Source: Candidatus Binatia bacterium (GTDB lineage Bacteria > Desulfobacterota > Binatia > HRBIN30). Taken from it: DNA of 64,000 nucleotides. Numbering within the stretch: position 1 is the stretch's first letter; every line of letters begins with the position of its first letter. Position numbers and translations under genes: made by a program. A model generated the notes under the pieces. The model was not told where the DNA came from. It saw only the letters and a list, made by a program, of their open reading frames with translations, and searched no databases. The stretch lies in NCBI GenBank assembly GCA_937925685.1, contig CALAMI010000008.1:142191-206190 (forward strand), in the 5' to 3' direction. Below are positions 18,935 to 28,770 of the stretch, piece after piece.

Positions 18935-20416
18935 TCAGTGAAGATGGAACTGAGGCATTTGCAACACCAACGCAAACAAACCGTGCAACTTGCGCTCCCG
19001 CACGGCAAAGTCATGAAGGTCCAGAGGACCACCCAAGTAGTTGATCAGCGCTTGTCGCTCGTCGGTCGAAATATAGTCCCGAATCCCGAGCACTCCGGTA
19101 ACTGCGTCGACGATGTCTCCAGGATCGGTGAGATCGAGATTCATCAGCAACTGAGGCCGCAGGTGATACACTTTTGTACCTCGGGCCATGGCAACGTCGC
19201 GTGCGAACGCGTAACGCGCCAGCAGCGTGGCACTGTTGACCCATCCTTCCTCCCAATCCCAACCAAACACGCTGGGCGGCTCGAACAAGATTTGGCCCAT
19301 GTCGGCCAAATAACCCGGTACGTTCCCATACTGGCCGCCTTCAATGTACCAGTTGCCCCACTTGTCCCCGCGCGGGGTTACGCGGAGGAGTCGTAGGGTG
19401 CTCACGACAAAATCCACAGGCCACACCACAGATTTGGGCGTGCTGGAGGAAAAAGGGACGGCACTTGCGGTTTCGTAAAAGAAGTCGTCGACGAGAATCT
19501 CTCGTACAAGGCGCCGCAAATCCCAGGTGGTGTCGAAGGCCGCGCGCTGCACGATACGATCGATGATGGTGGCGTTGTCTGGGTAGGAAGGCAGGGGATG
19601 GCCAAAGTACTCGAGCAGCTTCTTGGTGATGAAGCGTGCGACCGTGTTTTTTCCGTCGGTGTCGCGGTGCTCGAAAATGATGTCGACAACCTGAGAGATC
19701 TCTTGTGGACCTTCTCCTCCGGGCAAGGTGAAATCGCGCCCCGCAGGTCCAAAGCCACCGTGGTTGCGGAAAATCACCTTCGGCCCTCGCTCCGAACCGT
19801 ACTCGGTCATGTAGTCGTGGGCCCAGTCGTTGAAGCGCACCCGATTCCGGCTCCAATCCCACCCCCAGCCAGAGAACGCTCGCGAGATTTGCACTATGTC
19901 TTGCTGGTCATAATTCGGCTGCCCAGCGAGGTCGGTAACGCCAAGGGTAAACAGTTCCATAAGTTCCCGTGCGTAGTTCTCGTTTGGTTGCTCTTTGAAG
20001 TTCCGGAAGGTGTCGAGGTATTCCATCATTGCCGGGTCGACGTTGATGGCCTTCACGAAGTTCTTGAAGTTCCCTTTGCAATACAACCTTAACAGCCGGT
20101 TTTGGTCGGCCATCCAATGATGATCCTGTACTTTGTCGTACCCCGTGGCAAAGTGATCGTGCCAAAACAGCACCAGCTTCTCCTGCAGCGGTGCACGGGT
20201 GCGGACCATGTATTTCAGCCACGATACGCGCCGCCGCGAGATGTCCTTCCCAGAGGGGCGAAATTTTGCGGGCTTGAAGGCGGTCAAACGGTCAGCCGCT
20301 GCACCTCGCGTCATAGAGGAAAAAGCGTTCACTTCGCTTTGACGGACACCGAAACCAGTGCGGCGAAGCAAGTGTCTCGCATGAAGAGTACCTAGAACCG
20401 TGTTCTCGTCACCCAT
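18935..20416 (-). CDS. DUF1800 family protein (second copy)
   Basis: ...LHARHLLRRTGFGVRQSEV...; internal motifs shared with the first copy (NENYARELMELFT[IL]GV, INVDPAM). Confidence 0.85.
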   Translation of the reverse strand: MGDENTVLGTLHARHLLRRTGFGVRQSEVNAFSSMTRGAAADRLTAFKPAKFRPSGKDISRRRVSWLKYMVRTRAPLQEKLVLFWHDHFATGYDKVQDHHWMADQNRLLRLYCKGNFKNFVKAINVDPAMMEYLDTFRNFKEQPNENYARELMELFTLGVTDLAGQPNYDQQDIVQISRAFSGWGWDWSRNRVRFNDWAHDYMTEYGSERGPKVIFRNHGGFGPAGRDFTLPGGEGPQEISQVVDIIFEHRDTDGKNTVARFITKKLLEYFGHPLPSYPDNATIIDRIVQRAAFDTTWDLRRLVREILVDDFFYETASAVPFSSSTPKSVVWPVDFVVSTLRLLRVTPRGDKWGNWYIEGGQYGNVPGYLADMGQILFEPPSVFGWDWEEGWVNSATLLARYAFARDVAMARGTKVYHLRPQLLMNLDLTDPGDIVDAVTGVLGIRDYISTDERQALINYLGGPLDLHDFAVRERKLHGLFALVLQMPQFHLH

Positions 20417-20579
20417 TACCCTCCCTCTCTTGTCTCCGCATGTTTCGCGTTAGCGAATTTCGGGCCTCATCGTTCAACGTTGTAGAGCACGTGTCAACCC
20501 TGAAAGCAGGCTCAGGGAGTTGCTCGGCGGCGTCAGAGAACTAACGACGGTTACAATTTTTGGCAGCGTCGCTGGCGCC

Positions 20580-21740
20580 CTAAAGAACACGTAGAAGTTC
20601 CCTCAAGACTCGGTTGGCCTCGAACCAAGTCCGCGCCACTTCTTGTGCTGCGGTTCGGTGGCGGAGGAAATCTCGATGAATGGCCTGGAGCGCTTCTGCT
20701 GCCTCATCTAGGGAAGAAACAGCGAACAGCCCTTCTCCCGTCGGCAGAATACATTCGAATCCTGTGGACTGGGTAACCACTGGCCTCCCAGCGGCCAGGT
20801 AGCAGGCACTGCGGTCTGAGAACCATCCCGTGCGCAGGCGAATGTTGAGATCCTTCGCGGTGGTGAATTCTCCAGCCGAAGACCAGATAAAGTCGCGATA
20901 TCGAAAAGGATCAGCGGAGACGGTAAAGGGATCGACCACGTCCCAGCCGTGGCTACGCAATAAATCCACGTCTTCGGGGTACTTGGCAACGTCCATAGCG
21001 AGTGCAAACCGGTACGGCACACGGCGGGGTAATTGAAGGAAGCAGTGCCACTGTTGTCGTTTGCTCCATCCGTAACGGTCGCCTGCTGTCACTACGTCGC
21101 GGCGAGCTTCGTGCCAGCGTCCAACGGTAGTGAACGGTGCGTCAGGAGGCGGCAAGGGGGCCGCCCAAAGCCGGGTGACAATGGGCTGCCGCGTCGGTTT
21201 CCAGTTGAACCCGCTAGTAGGAACCAGACATTCTCTGGACCCAATGAGCTCTCCGATGGTGAAATGCTGCTTGTGCTCTAAAAGCAGCGTTTGCAAAGCG
21301 GCATCTCCCTGCTGACAGCGAAACTGAGTATACCCTGGATCGAGGTCGATGAAGACGCGCACCGCCCGTGGCGTCCTTGGAACTCGTGTTACCGCTGCGA
21401 GTGTAACGACCAGACGTGCCCTTTCTAGCACCTCCTGAAAGTCGCTTTGAGCCAGCCCGAAGTGGCGACCACTGATAACGTCCCAAAAGTGCCAACGCTT
21501 CCCGAAACCGTGGATGCGAAAAAAACGGGCAAGTGTCTCCACGCCGCGATCGCATGGTGCGGGAACGCAGCGGGTGACCGGATCGAAGCAGTCGCTGACG
21601 AGTTCCGTGTCCTCGTAAAAGTAGGCCTCGAACCCGAGTTCCTCGAAACCGAGCAAGTAGTGCAGGACCTGCCAGCCGTACCCGCCAAGAGGGCAGCGCC
21701 CAAAATAACCAGCGATTATCACGACATCTCGCGCGGACAT
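20580..21740 (-). CDS. GT-B fold glycosyltransferase-like protein (CgeB/GT1-4-like), paralog 1 of 3
   Basis: Start chosen at the internal Met MSARDVVIIAGYFGRCPLGGYGWQVLHYLLGFEELGFEAYFYEDT (the track start 21872 would overlap the upstream paralog by 107 nt). C-terminus RTGWFSDRSACYLAAGRPVVTQSTGFECILPTGEGL...LDEAAEAL is typical of a GT1 C-terminal domain. Confidence 0.7.
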   Translation of the reverse strand: MSARDVVIIAGYFGRCPLGGYGWQVLHYLLGFEELGFEAYFYEDTELVSDCFDPVTRCVPAPCDRGVETLARFFRIHGFGKRWHFWDVISGRHFGLAQSDFQEVLERARLVVTLAAVTRVPRTPRAVRVFIDLDPGYTQFRCQQGDAALQTLLLEHKQHFTIGELIGSRECLVPTSGFNWKPTRQPIVTRLWAAPLPPPDAPFTTVGRWHEARRDVVTAGDRYGWSKRQQWHCFLQLPRRVPYRFALAMDVAKYPEDVDLLRSHGWDVVDPFTVSADPFRYRDFIWSSAGEFTTAKDLNIRLRTGWFSDRSACYLAAGRPVVTQSTGFECILPTGEGLFAVSSLDEAAEALQAIHRDFLRHRTAAQEVARTWFEANRVLRELLRVL

Positions 21741-21765
21741 AAGGTTGAGAGACTTTTCGCTAGGG

Positions 21766-22953
21766 TCACATTCCGGCAAGCTGGAGGATTCGTTGCAAAA
21801 CGCTGTCCGAATCGAAGTGCTCCCGCGCCAGTTCGCGAGCCGCGCGTGCGTGCCAAGCGTAATCCGACTCAACCGCTCGCAAGGCTTCGCTTGCCTCCTC
21901 TAAAGTATTAAAGCACACCAGGCCGGAGCCAGTCGGTAGCACATTGCTAAAGCCAGTATCTTGCACGATCGCAGGCCGCCCAGAAGCAAGGTAACACGCG
22001 GTGCGGTCGCTAAACCACCCGGTCCGGCCGACTCGGTAACCGTTTTTCACGACTGTGAACTCACCGCGAGATCTTTGGATGTAGTGTCGGTAGGCCATTG
22101 GGTCTTTTGCCCGGTCCTGGGGGTCGATAATACGCCAGCCTGCTTCGCGGAGTTTGTTCAGGTCGGGTTCGTTTGGGTGAATGGCAAGGCATAGCTCCAG
22201 CACCGCTGGAGTGTGACGGGGCAGGTGGAGAATGCGCAGGAATTCCTCACTTTTTTGCCCATACCAAGTGCCTTGCCACTGCACCGGACTGTAACCTCGC
22301 CAGTCGGCGACAGTGGTGTAATGGGGCCCAGGTGCCTCGTCATTGTGCCATGCATCCAGGACTACCGGGGGAACCGTGGGATTCCAGGAAATGCCGCAGG
22401 AGGGCACAAGGCATTCTGCCGAGGCTAGGCAGAGACCAACGGTAAAGTACACGTCGTGGTTCCGCAGATTCATGTCCACCCCGTACTGCTCGTGCCAAAT
22501 CTGGGTAAAGCCAGGATCGAGATCCACGTAGATGCGTTTGCGTGGTGCCTGTAGCACTTCCTGCCGATGCATGCGGCCGGATAAATTGAGGATCGCATCG
22601 GCCTCTCTGGCAAACGCCTCTACGGTGGCCACAGGCAGGCCAACCCGAACAGTGGGATCGGTATCCAGCCAGAGAGATGCATGACCCAGCAAACCGAATG
22701 CGCGCATCACTTCAAGGAAGTACATCGCGTTGTGAGAGCAGGTCAGCGGTGTGGGGTTCCACTGCGCATCGAAGCAGCGCTCGGCCGGGATTTCTTCGAC
22801 ATAGCAGACCTCGAAGCCAAGGCGTTTAAGACCAAGGACGTACTGAAGAAAGGCCCACGTGTTGCCACCCCCGCCAATCGGATGAGCCGCAATCGCACCA
22901 GCAACGAGGATGCGCCCACGGTTGATTTTGGTTGGTGTTCTCGTAACCATCAC
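21766..22953 (-). CDS. GT-B fold glycosyltransferase-like protein, paralog 2 of 3
   Basis: RILVAGAIAAHPIGGGGNTWAFLQYVLGLKRLGFEVCYVEE; C-terminus RTGWFSDRTACYLASGRPAIVQDTGFSNVLPTGSGL. Confidence 0.7.
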   Translation of the reverse strand: MMVTRTPTKINRGRILVAGAIAAHPIGGGGNTWAFLQYVLGLKRLGFEVCYVEEIPAERCFDAQWNPTPLTCSHNAMYFLEVMRAFGLLGHASLWLDTDPTVRVGLPVATVEAFAREADAILNLSGRMHRQEVLQAPRKRIYVDLDPGFTQIWHEQYGVDMNLRNHDVYFTVGLCLASAECLVPSCGISWNPTVPPVVLDAWHNDEAPGPHYTTVADWRGYSPVQWQGTWYGQKSEEFLRILHLPRHTPAVLELCLAIHPNEPDLNKLREAGWRIIDPQDRAKDPMAYRHYIQRSRGEFTVVKNGYRVGRTGWFSDRTACYLASGRPAIVQDTGFSNVLPTGSGLVCFNTLEEASEALRAVESDYAWHARAARELAREHFDSDSVLQRILQLAGM

Positions 22954-22959
22954 CCTTGT

Positions 22960-24132
22960 TCAAGTGAGACCACAGTCTTGAAGGAGTTGACGGAGCACCC
23001 GCTCGGCGGAAAAAAATTGCTCGGCAACGGCGCGAGCTGCCTCGCAGTGTTTGCGGTATGCCGATTCGATGGAGTCGAAGGCTGCCAGAGCCTCGTCGGC
23101 GGTCTGGAACGCGAAAAGGCCCTCCCCGACAGGGAGGAAGCGAGAAAAGCCCGTATCCTGTAACACAACCGGCTTGCCGCTGGCCAAATAACTGGCGCTG
23201 CGTGTGGCGAACCAGCCGCTTCGGGTTGCCACGTAAGCATTCTTGGCTACGCTCCATTCCGCTCGAGAACATTGGATGAAGCGTTGATAAACTCCCATGG
23301 TGCGGGAACAGCGGTATCCGTCGCGAATCCGCCATCCATGCGCTTCCAGCTCTTCTCGGGGGGCTTGGCCGGATAGGGCTACGCCAAGTCGCACCGGCGC
23401 ACGGCGAGGCAAGTCGACGAACTTTTGAAACTCTACGTTCTTGTCTCCATAAGCACTCGTACCGATCCGCGGTGGGTTCACATCGATTTTCCAGGACATC
23501 ACCGTAGTGTACCATCGTGCCGCCGGCGCATAGACAACGGGCCACTGTTCTAGGCAAATGGGTTGCCGTGTTCGCTTCCACTCGAAGCCGCATGACGGCA
23601 GCGAGCAATCGCTGGCGCCAAGGTTCTCCGCGAAGGAAAAGAAGTGTGTATGGGAGCGGATGAGCTCGACGGAGAAGAGCTCGTCTGGGGTTGCGCCCCC
23701 GTTCTCCGCGGCCCATAGCTTTGCGTGAGTGTAGCCCGGGTCGGAGTCTAAATACGCGGTGCAGCGCGCCCCGCGGTAGGATTCCCGTAGCCAGCAGGCG
23801 CCAGAAACGTTGAGAAACAAATCTGCACGGCCACAAAATGCCGTAACCTTTTCTTCGCTCCAGCCATGCAGGGATCCGTCCACCCCGCGCACGGCCCACT
23901 GTTTTGCACAACGCTTGCTCCGTTGCCGCAGCGCCGTGGCGAGGTAGCGGATATTCCGGGACCCATCGGGGGTGAAGGTGGCCGCACGGGGATCGTAAAA
24001 CCATTGCCCCGTGTCTTCGAGATAAAGCACGTCACACCCCAACGCTTCGAACCCACGCACGTATGCAAGGTAGTCCCACGCAACCCCACCGAGCGGATAG
24101 GTGGCGACTAGACCCGTGACAACAACCTTCAT
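22960..24132 (-). CDS. GT-B fold glycosyltransferase-like protein, paralog 3 of 3
   Basis: Start at internal Met MKVVVTGLVATYPLGGVAWDYLAYVRGFEALGCDVLYLEDTG, as ATGA overlapping the ABC gene stop. The Arg-rich 155 aa extension in the track ORF is judged spurious. C-terminus TRSGWFATRSASYLASGKPVVLQDTGFSRFLPVGEGL. Confidence 0.7.
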   Translation of the reverse strand: MKVVVTGLVATYPLGGVAWDYLAYVRGFEALGCDVLYLEDTGQWFYDPRAATFTPDGSRNIRYLATALRQRSKRCAKQWAVRGVDGSLHGWSEEKVTAFCGRADLFLNVSGACWLRESYRGARCTAYLDSDPGYTHAKLWAAENGGATPDELFSVELIRSHTHFFSFAENLGASDCSLPSCGFEWKRTRQPICLEQWPVVYAPAARWYTTVMSWKIDVNPPRIGTSAYGDKNVEFQKFVDLPRRAPVRLGVALSGQAPREELEAHGWRIRDGYRCSRTMGVYQRFIQCSRAEWSVAKNAYVATRSGWFATRSASYLASGKPVVLQDTGFSRFLPVGEGLFAFQTADEALAAFDSIESAYRKHCEAARAVAEQFFSAERVLRQLLQDCGLT

Positions 24133-25940
24133 ACCGCCGTTTCCACGTAAGGTTCCATCAGTCCGTGACGGTAAAGGCGATAGAAAAACCCTTTTCGGGC
24201 TAAAAGTTGGGCGAACGTACCGCGTTCGACGATGCGGCCACCCTCCAAAACGAGAATCTGGCTTGCCCGTTGCACCGTGGCTAGCCGGTGGGCAATGACA
24301 AAAGTGGTCTTGTTGCGAGTCACAGCGAGTAGCGCCTCGAGAATGGCGGTTTCCGTGGCCAGGTCGACCGAGGAAGTCGGCTCGTCGAGAATGAGGATGG
24401 GTGCGTCGCGAAGCAGTGCACGAGCGATGGTCAGGCGCTGGCGCTCTCCCTCTGATAAGGTTGCGCCGTGGCTTCCTAAGACCGTATCGTACCCTTGCGG
24501 CAGCCGTTCGATGAACGAGTGCGCTTGAGCTAGTTGAGCGGCGCGCTCGATCTCGGCTTGCGAGGCCCCGGGCCGACCATAAGCGATGTTTTCCCAAACG
24601 GAGAGTGGAAACACAATTGGAGGCTGTAACACCATCGTGACGGTTTCCCGCAAGGAGCGCAGCGTAAGTTCCCGAATGTCAACACCATCGATGGTAATCC
24701 GCCCAGCCTCGGGATCGTAAAACCGCGCGATCAAACTCACCAACGTACTCTTGCCCGCCCCCGTTGGACCGACGATGGCGACGAGCTCCCCGGGTGCGGC
24801 CTCGAAGTTGATGTCCACCAAAGTCGGTTTGCCCCGCTCGTAGGAAAAGCTTACGCGTTCGAACCGAACTCGCCCTGCGGGTTTTCGCGAGAAAACCCGG
24901 AAGCCGTCCTTGATTTCAGGGACAGTGGCGAGCAGTTCTAACACCCGCCCCAACCCCGCCCGTGCACCTTGCACGGATCCATAGGTGGAAAAAATGGCTT
25001 GCAGCGGCCCGTACAAGGATGCAAGGTAATTCAGAAATACCACCAAGTCCCCAGCGCTCAGCCGACCCATCCAAACCCGCTGCGCACCGAACCACAACAC
25101 TGCTGCACTTCCGCTAGCCAGCAACAAGCCGGTCGATGCGCCAAAAGCGGTTTGCCAGAGATATAAGCGCAAGTGCGCTCGTAGACTTGCGGTGCTGCGT
25201 TGCGTAAATGCTGCGTGTTCTTCGGGCTCTTTAGTGAACGCTTGCACAACCTTCACTGCTGACATCGACCGCTCCACGTGATCGTAAACGCCGCTTTCCT
25301 GCTCCCGTGCCTCGCGCGCTGTGCCAGTCAGTTTTTTTTCCATAACGAAGAGAACACCAATAAGCGCTGGGCACACTGCTGCGGCTAAAGCCGTGAGGAA
25401 CCGGTCCATCTGAAAAAGCACGACGAACATGCCAGCGAGGAGAGTCGCCGAGGCGACAACAGGGAAAACTCCATTCATGGCCAAGGTTTGGATGGCATAA
25501 GTGTCGCTCGTCACACGGTAGATCAGGTCTCCCACCGACGCGCGCGTATGAAAGGAAAGGGACAGCCGCTGCAGATGCTGGTACAAGCGGCTGCGCAAGT
25601 CGGCCACCATATTTTGGCCGATCGCGATTGTGGTGTAATTGTTCCAAACCTGGACGATGCCCAGCAGGGCGTAAATACCAATTAAACTTAGTGTGGCCAC
25701 GATCAGCAGACTGGACGCCTGGGCCAAGCTGGCGGGTAACCACGAGGGTGGTTGGTTCGGCAGCACATAGTCCAGAGCGATCTTGAGTGGCCACGGCTTG
25801 GCTAACTCGAGCGCACTCATCAGCGCCACCTGAGCTAATCCGAGCACGAACCGTCCACGATATGGCCAAAGTGCTTGGAGAACGAACGGCAGCACTCGCG
25901 GCCGCGCTGCGGTGAGATTAGCCACGGGCTCGGTCTCCAT
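24129..25940 (-). CDS. ABC transporter, fused permease/ATPase (MsbA-like type I exporter)
   Basis: Six-TM N-terminal half; Walker A GPTGAGKST; signature LSEGERQRLTIARAL; Walker B ILILDEPTS. Confidence 0.9.
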   Translation of the reverse strand: METEPVANLTAARPRVLPFVLQALWPYRGRFVLGLAQVALMSALELAKPWPLKIALDYVLPNQPPSWLPASLAQASSLLIVATLSLIGIYALLGIVQVWNNYTTIAIGQNMVADLRSRLYQHLQRLSLSFHTRASVGDLIYRVTSDTYAIQTLAMNGVFPVVASATLLAGMFVVLFQMDRFLTALAAAVCPALIGVLFVMEKKLTGTAREAREQESGVYDHVERSMSAVKVVQAFTKEPEEHAAFTQRSTASLRAHLRLYLWQTAFGASTGLLLASGSAAVLWFGAQRVWMGRLSAGDLVVFLNYLASLYGPLQAIFSTYGSVQGARAGLGRVLELLATVPEIKDGFRVFSRKPAGRVRFERVSFSYERGKPTLVDINFEAAPGELVAIVGPTGAGKSTLVSLIARFYDPEAGRITIDGVDIRELTLRSLRETVTMVLQPPIVFPLSVWENIAYGRPGASQAEIERAAQLAQAHSFIERLPQGYDTVLGSHGATLSEGERQRLTIARALLRDAPILILDEPTSSVDLATETAILEALLAVTRNKTTFVIAHRLATVQRASQILVLEGGRIVERGTFAQLLARKGFFYRLYRHGLMEPYVETAV

Positions 25941-28455
25941 GACTCAAAAGCCGGAGTTGTTCGGCAACGATCTCTTGGGCGTGCCAGAGGGTTTGGCCGA
26001 GCAGTACGCTCTCGATTGCAGTCGTGCCGAGGGTGATGGCGAGTAGGAGCAAGGCCATTTCGCTAATTTCGCCCAAACCTCCAAGGGAGGCCAAAATCGC
26101 AACTGCCAGGAGCGCTGTCGCTACCAACCCAGCAAACCAAGAAGCACGCACACGGCTGCGAGTGCGCAACAGACGCCTGCTACCCCCGTGGTTTTCCGCT
26201 GCCACGGTAAGCTCCACCTGCGACCACAAGCCACGATGTACGGTAACGTCATGATCGCTCCATCCTTGATCGACGGCCACGAGGTATTTTCTTGGCCCGA
26301 GGAACTCGATGAGGGTGTGCAGGAAATGCTCTTTTTCAATGCCGTGATCGCTCCAGAAGCCCAACAAAAACTCGCGCCGAAGCCAGCGAATTTCCAGATG
26401 CTGACGAGCACCACTGAAGCGAATTCGCACGACCCCGTTTTGCCCTTGTAACCGATAGAAGTAACGTTGGAGACTTCGCACCAGCGGCCCTAAGTAAATT
26501 AGGGCTGCAACGAGTAGCCGCCCACGCCAATGATCAAAACGGGGATCGATCTCCGCCTTCCATGCCCGCGCCACAGCGAGTACGGTGGTGACTAGTAAAG
26601 GCAGCGCTGCCAGCAGACGCCAGCGGCCGGCGAGCAGGGCGCCTGAGAATAAAGTGACACCGAGCAAATTCCATTCTAACGTGAACGGAAGATAGGCAAG
26701 GAGCGAAGAGGGGGCCTCGTACAAGGTCTGGAACAGTCCTCGCCCAAAGACCCCGTAGTAAATAATCGGTCGCGCGGATAGCAGGGGTAGCCCGATGTCC
26801 CCATAAATCCGCCCAATCCACTGGGATTGCCCAAGCATGTTAAAGCGAAAAGGATGTTTGAAGTAGAGCTGAGCCTCGGCTTGGCCGTAACCCATTTGTT
26901 GCTTCAGGTATGCCCGAACCGTGTTGCGCCTGAAGTGCCACACCTGTGCTGCTGGACTGAAGCCAATGCGATACCCCGCATCCTGTAGCCGCCAACAGAC
27001 GTCGACATCGTCTCCGGCTGCTCGGTGCACGGGGTCGAAGCCGCCAATGCGTTCCAAAGCGTCTTTTCGGAACGCCATGTTGCAGCCGGGAATGTGCTCG
27101 GCCACTTCGTCATCGAGAAGAACATGAGTAGGCCCCCCAGGGGCAGCAGCGACGTAGGCAGCAGTGGCCGAGTCTTCAGGTGGTGGCAGGTTCGGGCCAC
27201 CCACGCCAGCAAAGTCGGAGGAAACGAATTTGTAAGCGAGGTATGTCAGCCAGTCAGGGTCGACCACACAATCCGCGTCCGTGTAAGCGACGACTTCTCC
27301 GCTTGCTGCCCTCCAGCCGACATTGCGTGCCACACTCAAGCCCTTGTTGGGCTGCGAAATCAGTCGAAACTCTGGATAGCGTCGGGCGATGGCTTCCGTC
27401 TTGTCCGTAGAACCATCGTTGACCACAATGACTTCATAGTTTGGGTAGCGCAGTTGGCGCAGCGAAGCCAAACAGGCATCGATCGTACGTTCTGCATTGT
27501 AGGCGCAAATCACTACGGACATCTTCGGAGGTTGCGCCAGTGGTGGGGGGAGGGGAGATCGGTACAGACGCTGAACCGCCGAAAACGCTGCCTTTCGACA
27601 CCGATTGCGGTCCACGAGCCCGAAAGCCCAGTCGTCTACGGGGAACCCTCCCGTAAACCACTCGTCGGTCCAGGAAAACACGAACGTTCCGGCCACGCCA
27701 GATTCGAATGCCGCGCGGATCTGCCAACTCAGAATTTCAGCCTGCTGCGTTGCCCCTTCGCGTAACGAGTCGATACCGAATTCGGTCAAAACCAGAGGCT
27801 TGTCACAAGCTAGGTTCTGGAGGCGGGATACATAGCGGCGAAAGTCCGTTTCGCGATGCAAATACAAGTTGAACCCAACGAAATCCAGAAAATCGAGCTC
27901 GAGGTATTCTGTGGAGGGAAAGTTGGCATAGCTCACCAAAGCTTCGGGCATGGCATTCTTGGCTATGGCGTACAGCTCCATCAAGAAGCGACGAATGCGT
28001 CGCGGGCCATGCCAACGCACCACGTCCGGCGGAATTTCGTTGCCAATCAAAATGCCTGCGATGGCTGGATGCTGCCCAAGACCGCGCACCGCCGCCGTGA
28101 CTTCTGAACGGATGCCCTTGACGATGCGGGGATCGTCGAGGAAGCACACGTGTTGCGTCCAAGGGATGCCAACCAACAGCATTAGGCCATGTTCCGCGGC
28201 AAGGTCCAGGAACCAACTCGGCGGAGGCGTGAAGGTGCGCAGGCAGTTGGCACCTAACTCACCCATCAGTGCAAGATCACGCAACACCGCTTCTCGGCCA
28301 GGAAAAGGTGCCCCATCGCGAGGAGCAAATGGACCGTAGGTTACTCCCCGCAGATAAAGCTTTTCCTGCCCGCGAAAGAAAAACTTACCCGCCGTGCGAA
28401 TGCGGGCAGCATCGAACGTCCAGTCGACGCGTCGAGCCACGGATACTTGGTACAT
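25918..28455 (-). CDS. fusion protein: N-terminal clan GH-A-like (TIM-barrel) glycoside hydrolase domain, family 2 glycosyltransferase domain, C-terminal multi-TM region (polysaccharide synthase-like)
   Basis: GNEIP and LTEFGID (acid/base and nucleophile-like Glu motifs of clan GH-A). GT2 core KMSVVICAYNAERTI...YEVIVVNDGSTD...AYTDADCVVDPDW, with the DxD-like segment TDAD. Seven or more hydrophobic helices follow. Confidence 0.8.
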   Translation of the reverse strand: MYQVSVARRVDWTFDAARIRTAGKFFFRGQEKLYLRGVTYGPFAPRDGAPFPGREAVLRDLALMGELGANCLRTFTPPPSWFLDLAAEHGLMLLVGIPWTQHVCFLDDPRIVKGIRSEVTAAVRGLGQHPAIAGILIGNEIPPDVVRWHGPRRIRRFLMELYAIAKNAMPEALVSYANFPSTEYLELDFLDFVGFNLYLHRETDFRRYVSRLQNLACDKPLVLTEFGIDSLREGATQQAEILSWQIRAAFESGVAGTFVFSWTDEWFTGGFPVDDWAFGLVDRNRCRKAAFSAVQRLYRSPLPPPLAQPPKMSVVICAYNAERTIDACLASLRQLRYPNYEVIVVNDGSTDKTEAIARRYPEFRLISQPNKGLSVARNVGWRAASGEVVAYTDADCVVDPDWLTYLAYKFVSSDFAGVGGPNLPPPEDSATAAYVAAAPGGPTHVLLDDEVAEHIPGCNMAFRKDALERIGGFDPVHRAAGDDVDVCWRLQDAGYRIGFSPAAQVWHFRRNTVRAYLKQQMGYGQAEAQLYFKHPFRFNMLGQSQWIGRIYGDIGLPLLSARPIIYYGVFGRGLFQTLYEAPSSLLAYLPFTLEWNLLGVTLFSGALLAGRWRLLAALPLLVTTVLAVARAWKAEIDPRFDHWRGRLLVAALIYLGPLVRSLQRYFYRLQGQNGVVRIRFSGARQHLEIRWLRREFLLGFWSDHGIEKEHFLHTLIEFLGPRKYLVAVDQGWSDHDVTVHRGLWSQVELTVAAENHGGSRRLLRTRSRVRASWFAGLVATALLAVAILASLGGLGEISEMALLLLAITLGTTAIESVLLGQTLWHAQEIVAEQLRLLSHGDRARG

Positions 28456-28770
28456 ACGACTCCCGATTAGCGAAGCTATCCCTCGACCAAAACCGAGTCA
28501 CATTCCCTGCCTTTGTCGTGCAAAAGATGAAAGCGTGAACCGGCTGGGGCTGAGCGTGAATCCTCAAGTTAAGGGAAGCTAAGAGCTGTTCGGCGTCACG
28601 CACAACTTGGCAAGGCTGTTCGTCTACGGCGTGTTTCGTTTAGCGGAAAAGCAGGCATGTGGTCATGTTCGTTGGCCCATACCCCTGGCGGGCGGTTTTC
28701 GAACGGCTGCACGTTTCTTGCGGGTTGAAACCGTGGTAGGAACGAGCTTGTTGGAGCAAGGAGACAAGCC
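28456..28770. promoter_or_regulatory. divergent intergenic/promoter region between the synthase gene (minus) and the CBS gene (plus)
   Basis: 315 nt non-coding gap between divergently oriented starts; no promoter boxes confidently recognised. Confidence 0.3.
28758..28764 (+). promoter_or_regulatory. ribosome binding site AAGGAGA for CDS 28771
   Basis: AAGGAGA lies 6 nt upstream of ATG 28771. Confidence 0.6.

Noticed and set aside
21741-21872. Longer start (21872) for glycosyltransferase paralog 1
   Set aside because: It would overlap the upstream paralog by 107 nt. The conserved GT N-terminus begins at MSARDVVIIAGY.
22826-24004. 392-aa and 545-aa Arg-rich ORF versions overlapping the third glycosyltransferase
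   Set aside because: These are alternate-frame or over-extended frames. The real gene starts at the internal MKVVVTGL Met with an ATGA overlap to the ABC gene.
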